64,000 bases of DNA from the human T2T-CHM13v2.0 reference genome, Homo sapiens: the NCBI RefSeq assembly GCF_009914755.1, contig NC_060943.1; one strand, given 5' to 3'. The notes under the pieces are model-generated. The model was not told the origin of the DNA. It worked only from the letters and a program-made list of their open reading frames with translations, and searched no databases. A program made the position numbers and the translations under genes. Positions 61,903-64,000 of the stretch are shown here, piece after piece (the first letter of the stretch is position 1; each line of letters starts with the position of its first letter).

Positions 61903-62972
61903 TGTTGCGGGAAGTCAGGGACCCCAAACGGAGGGACCGGCTGAAGCCATGGCAGAAAAACATGGATTGTGAAGATTTTATGGACATTTATTAGTTCCCC
62001 AAATTAATACTTTTGTAATTTCTTATGCCTGTCTTTACTGCAATCTGTAAACATAAATCGTAAAGATTTCATGGACACTTATCACTTCCCCAATCAATAT
62101 CCTTGTGATTTCCTATGCCTGTCTTTGCTTTAATCTCTTAATCCTGTCAGCCGAGAAGGATGTATATCGTCTCAGGACCCTGTAATAATTGTGTTAACTA
62201 CACAAATTGTACAGCATGTGTGTTTGAGCAATATGAAATGTAGGCACCCTGAAAAAAGAACAGGATAACAGCAATTGTTCAGGGAATAAGAGAGAGAACC
62301 TTTAACTCTGACCGCCGGTGAGCCGGGCGGAACAGAGCCATATTTGTCTTCTTTCAAAAGCAAATGGGAGAAATATCACTGAATTCCTTTTCTCAGCATG
62401 GAACGTCCCTGAGAAACAGAATGCGCACCTAGGGGTAGGTCTCTGAACTGGCCTCCCCCGGGCGTACCTGTCTCTTATGGTCGAGATTGCAGAGGTGAAA
62501 TAAACTCCAGTCTCCCATAGCGCTCCCAGGCTTGTTAGGAAGAGGAAATTCCCGCCTAATAAACTTTGGTCAGACCGGTTGATCTCAAAACCCTGTCTCC
62601 TGATAAGATGTTATCAATGACAATGGTGCCCAAAACTTCATTAGCAATTTTAATTTCACTTCGGTCCTGTGGTCCTGTGATCTCGCCCTGCCTCCACTTG
62701 CCTTGTGATATTCTATTACCCTGTTAAGTACTTGATGTCTGTCACCCACACCTATTCGTATCCTCCCTCCCCTTTTGAAACTCCCTAATAAAAACTTGCT
62801 GGTTTTTGTGGCTTGTGGGGCATCACAGATCCTACCAATGTGTGATGTCTCCCCCGGAGGCCCAGCTTTAAAATTTCTCTCTTTTGTACTCTGTCCTTTT
62901 ATTTCTCAAGCCAGTCGACGCTTAGGCAAATAGAAAAGAACCTACGTGATTATTGGGGCAGGTCCCCCGATA
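61903..62972 (+). mobile_element. MER11 solo LTR (HERV-K11/HML-8)
   Basis: TGTTGCGGGAAGTCAGGGACCCC...cccccgata, perfect 6-bp TSD caaggc. Confidence 0.92.
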
Positions 62973-63219
62973 CAAGGCCAGCACAGTGCCAAGTATGTCC
63001 ACCTCAGTGAGCTGCGGAGAGGTGACTGCACCCTTTATTGACTGACTACTAGGAAACTGTCAAGAGGCAGCCCACTGAGCATGGCCATCTTAAAGGAATT
63101 TCAGGTGTCCCTACAACAGAGAATATGCCTTGAGAAAGGGGGAAAAAATAGGCCACTTAGCTTGGGTAGACAAGGCTCATGACAAGTCCCTGCATCTCAG
63201 CTACTGACTTTAAAAGTTG

Positions 63220-63386
63220 TTTGGGGAAAAGAAAGAGAGATCAGACTGTTACTGTGTCTATGTAGAAAGAAGTAGACATAAGAAACTCCATTTTGTTCTG
63301 TACTAAGAGAAATTCTTCTGCCTTGAGATGCTGTTAATCTGTAACCTGAGCCCCAACCCTGTGCCCACAGAGACGTGCTGTGTTGA
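63220..63386 (+). mobile_element. 5' part of a third LTR5, interrupted by an inverted LTR5
   Basis: ttggggaaaagaaagagagatcagactg...gctgtgttga then abrupt switch. Confidence 0.88.
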
Positions 63387-64000
63387 TGAAGGGGTGGGTT
63401 GCCCCTCCTCACCTGTGGGTGTTTCTCGTAAGGTGGAACAAGAGTCTTGGAAAAGAAAAGACACAGAGACAAAGTATAGGGAAAGAAATTAGAGGACCCG
63501 GGGAACCAGCGTTCAGCATATGGAGGATCCCGCCAGCCTCTGAGTTCCCTTAGTATTTATTGATCATTCATGGGTGTTTCTCCGAGAGGGGGATGTGGCA
63601 GGGTCACAAGACAATAGTGGGGAGAGGGTCAGCAGACAAACACGTGAACAAAGGTCTTTGCATCATAGACAAAGTAAAGAATCAAGTGCTGTGCTTTAGA
63701 TATGCATACACATAAACATCTCAATGCCTTACAGAGCAGTATTGCTGCCCGCATGTCCCACCTCCAGCCCTAAGGCGGTTTTTCCCTATCTCAGTAGATG
63801 GAACGTACAATCGGGTTTTATACCAAGACATTCCATTGCCCAGGGACAGGCAGGAGGCAGATGCCTTCCTCTTGTCTCAACTGCAAGAGGCATGCCTTCC
63901 TCTTATACTAATCCTCCTCAGCACAGACCCTTTACGGGTGTCGGGCTGGGGGACGGTCAGGTCTTTTCCTTCCCACGAGGCCATATTTCAGACTATCACA
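63387..64000 (-). mobile_element. LTR5 (LTR5_Hs/B-like) in antisense orientation, running off the window
   Basis: Begins with the reverse complement of the LTR5 3' terminus (GGGGCAACCCACCCCTTCA) and includes U5. Confidence 0.9.

Overview
Primate (human-type) genomic DNA from a KRAB C2H2 zinc-finger (KZFP) gene cluster. I recognise it from the protein sequences as the 19q13.41 ZNF577/ZNF649 region. Two intact minus-strand genes can be spliced directly from the sequence. ZNF649 has 4 coding exons totalling 1518 nt (505 aa, KRAB-A/B plus 10 fingers). ZNF577 has 4 coding exons totalling 1458 nt (485 aa, KRAB-A/B, 7 intact and 1 degenerate finger, plus a ZBRK1/ZNF350-like C-terminal tail). Each has a CpG-island promoter, and the ZNF577 promoter is bidirectional (ZNF649-AS1). 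Downstream lie a decayed third KZFP (Alu-split KRAB-B exon plus a stop-ridden finger exon built from a 339-bp four-finger repeat) and two paralogous orphan KZFP-type promoter modules, one CpG-rich and one CpG-depleted. The rest is dense in repeats: about 30 Alus, old L1/L2, MaLR, MER21, a piggyBac MER75, and many ERVK LTRs (four LTR5, MER11, LTR14-like, LTR3-like). I found no wholly new system. The most notable items are evolutionary repairs and exaptations: ZNF577 bypasses an in-frame stop with a downstream acceptor, its ancestral start exon becomes a uORF, ZNF649 takes its C-terminus from an ERVK LTR, and ERVK LTRs are stacked and nested just upstream of ZNF649. Repeat family names and gene identities come from recall, not database searches. 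Repeat boundaries are approximate unless a TSD is given.
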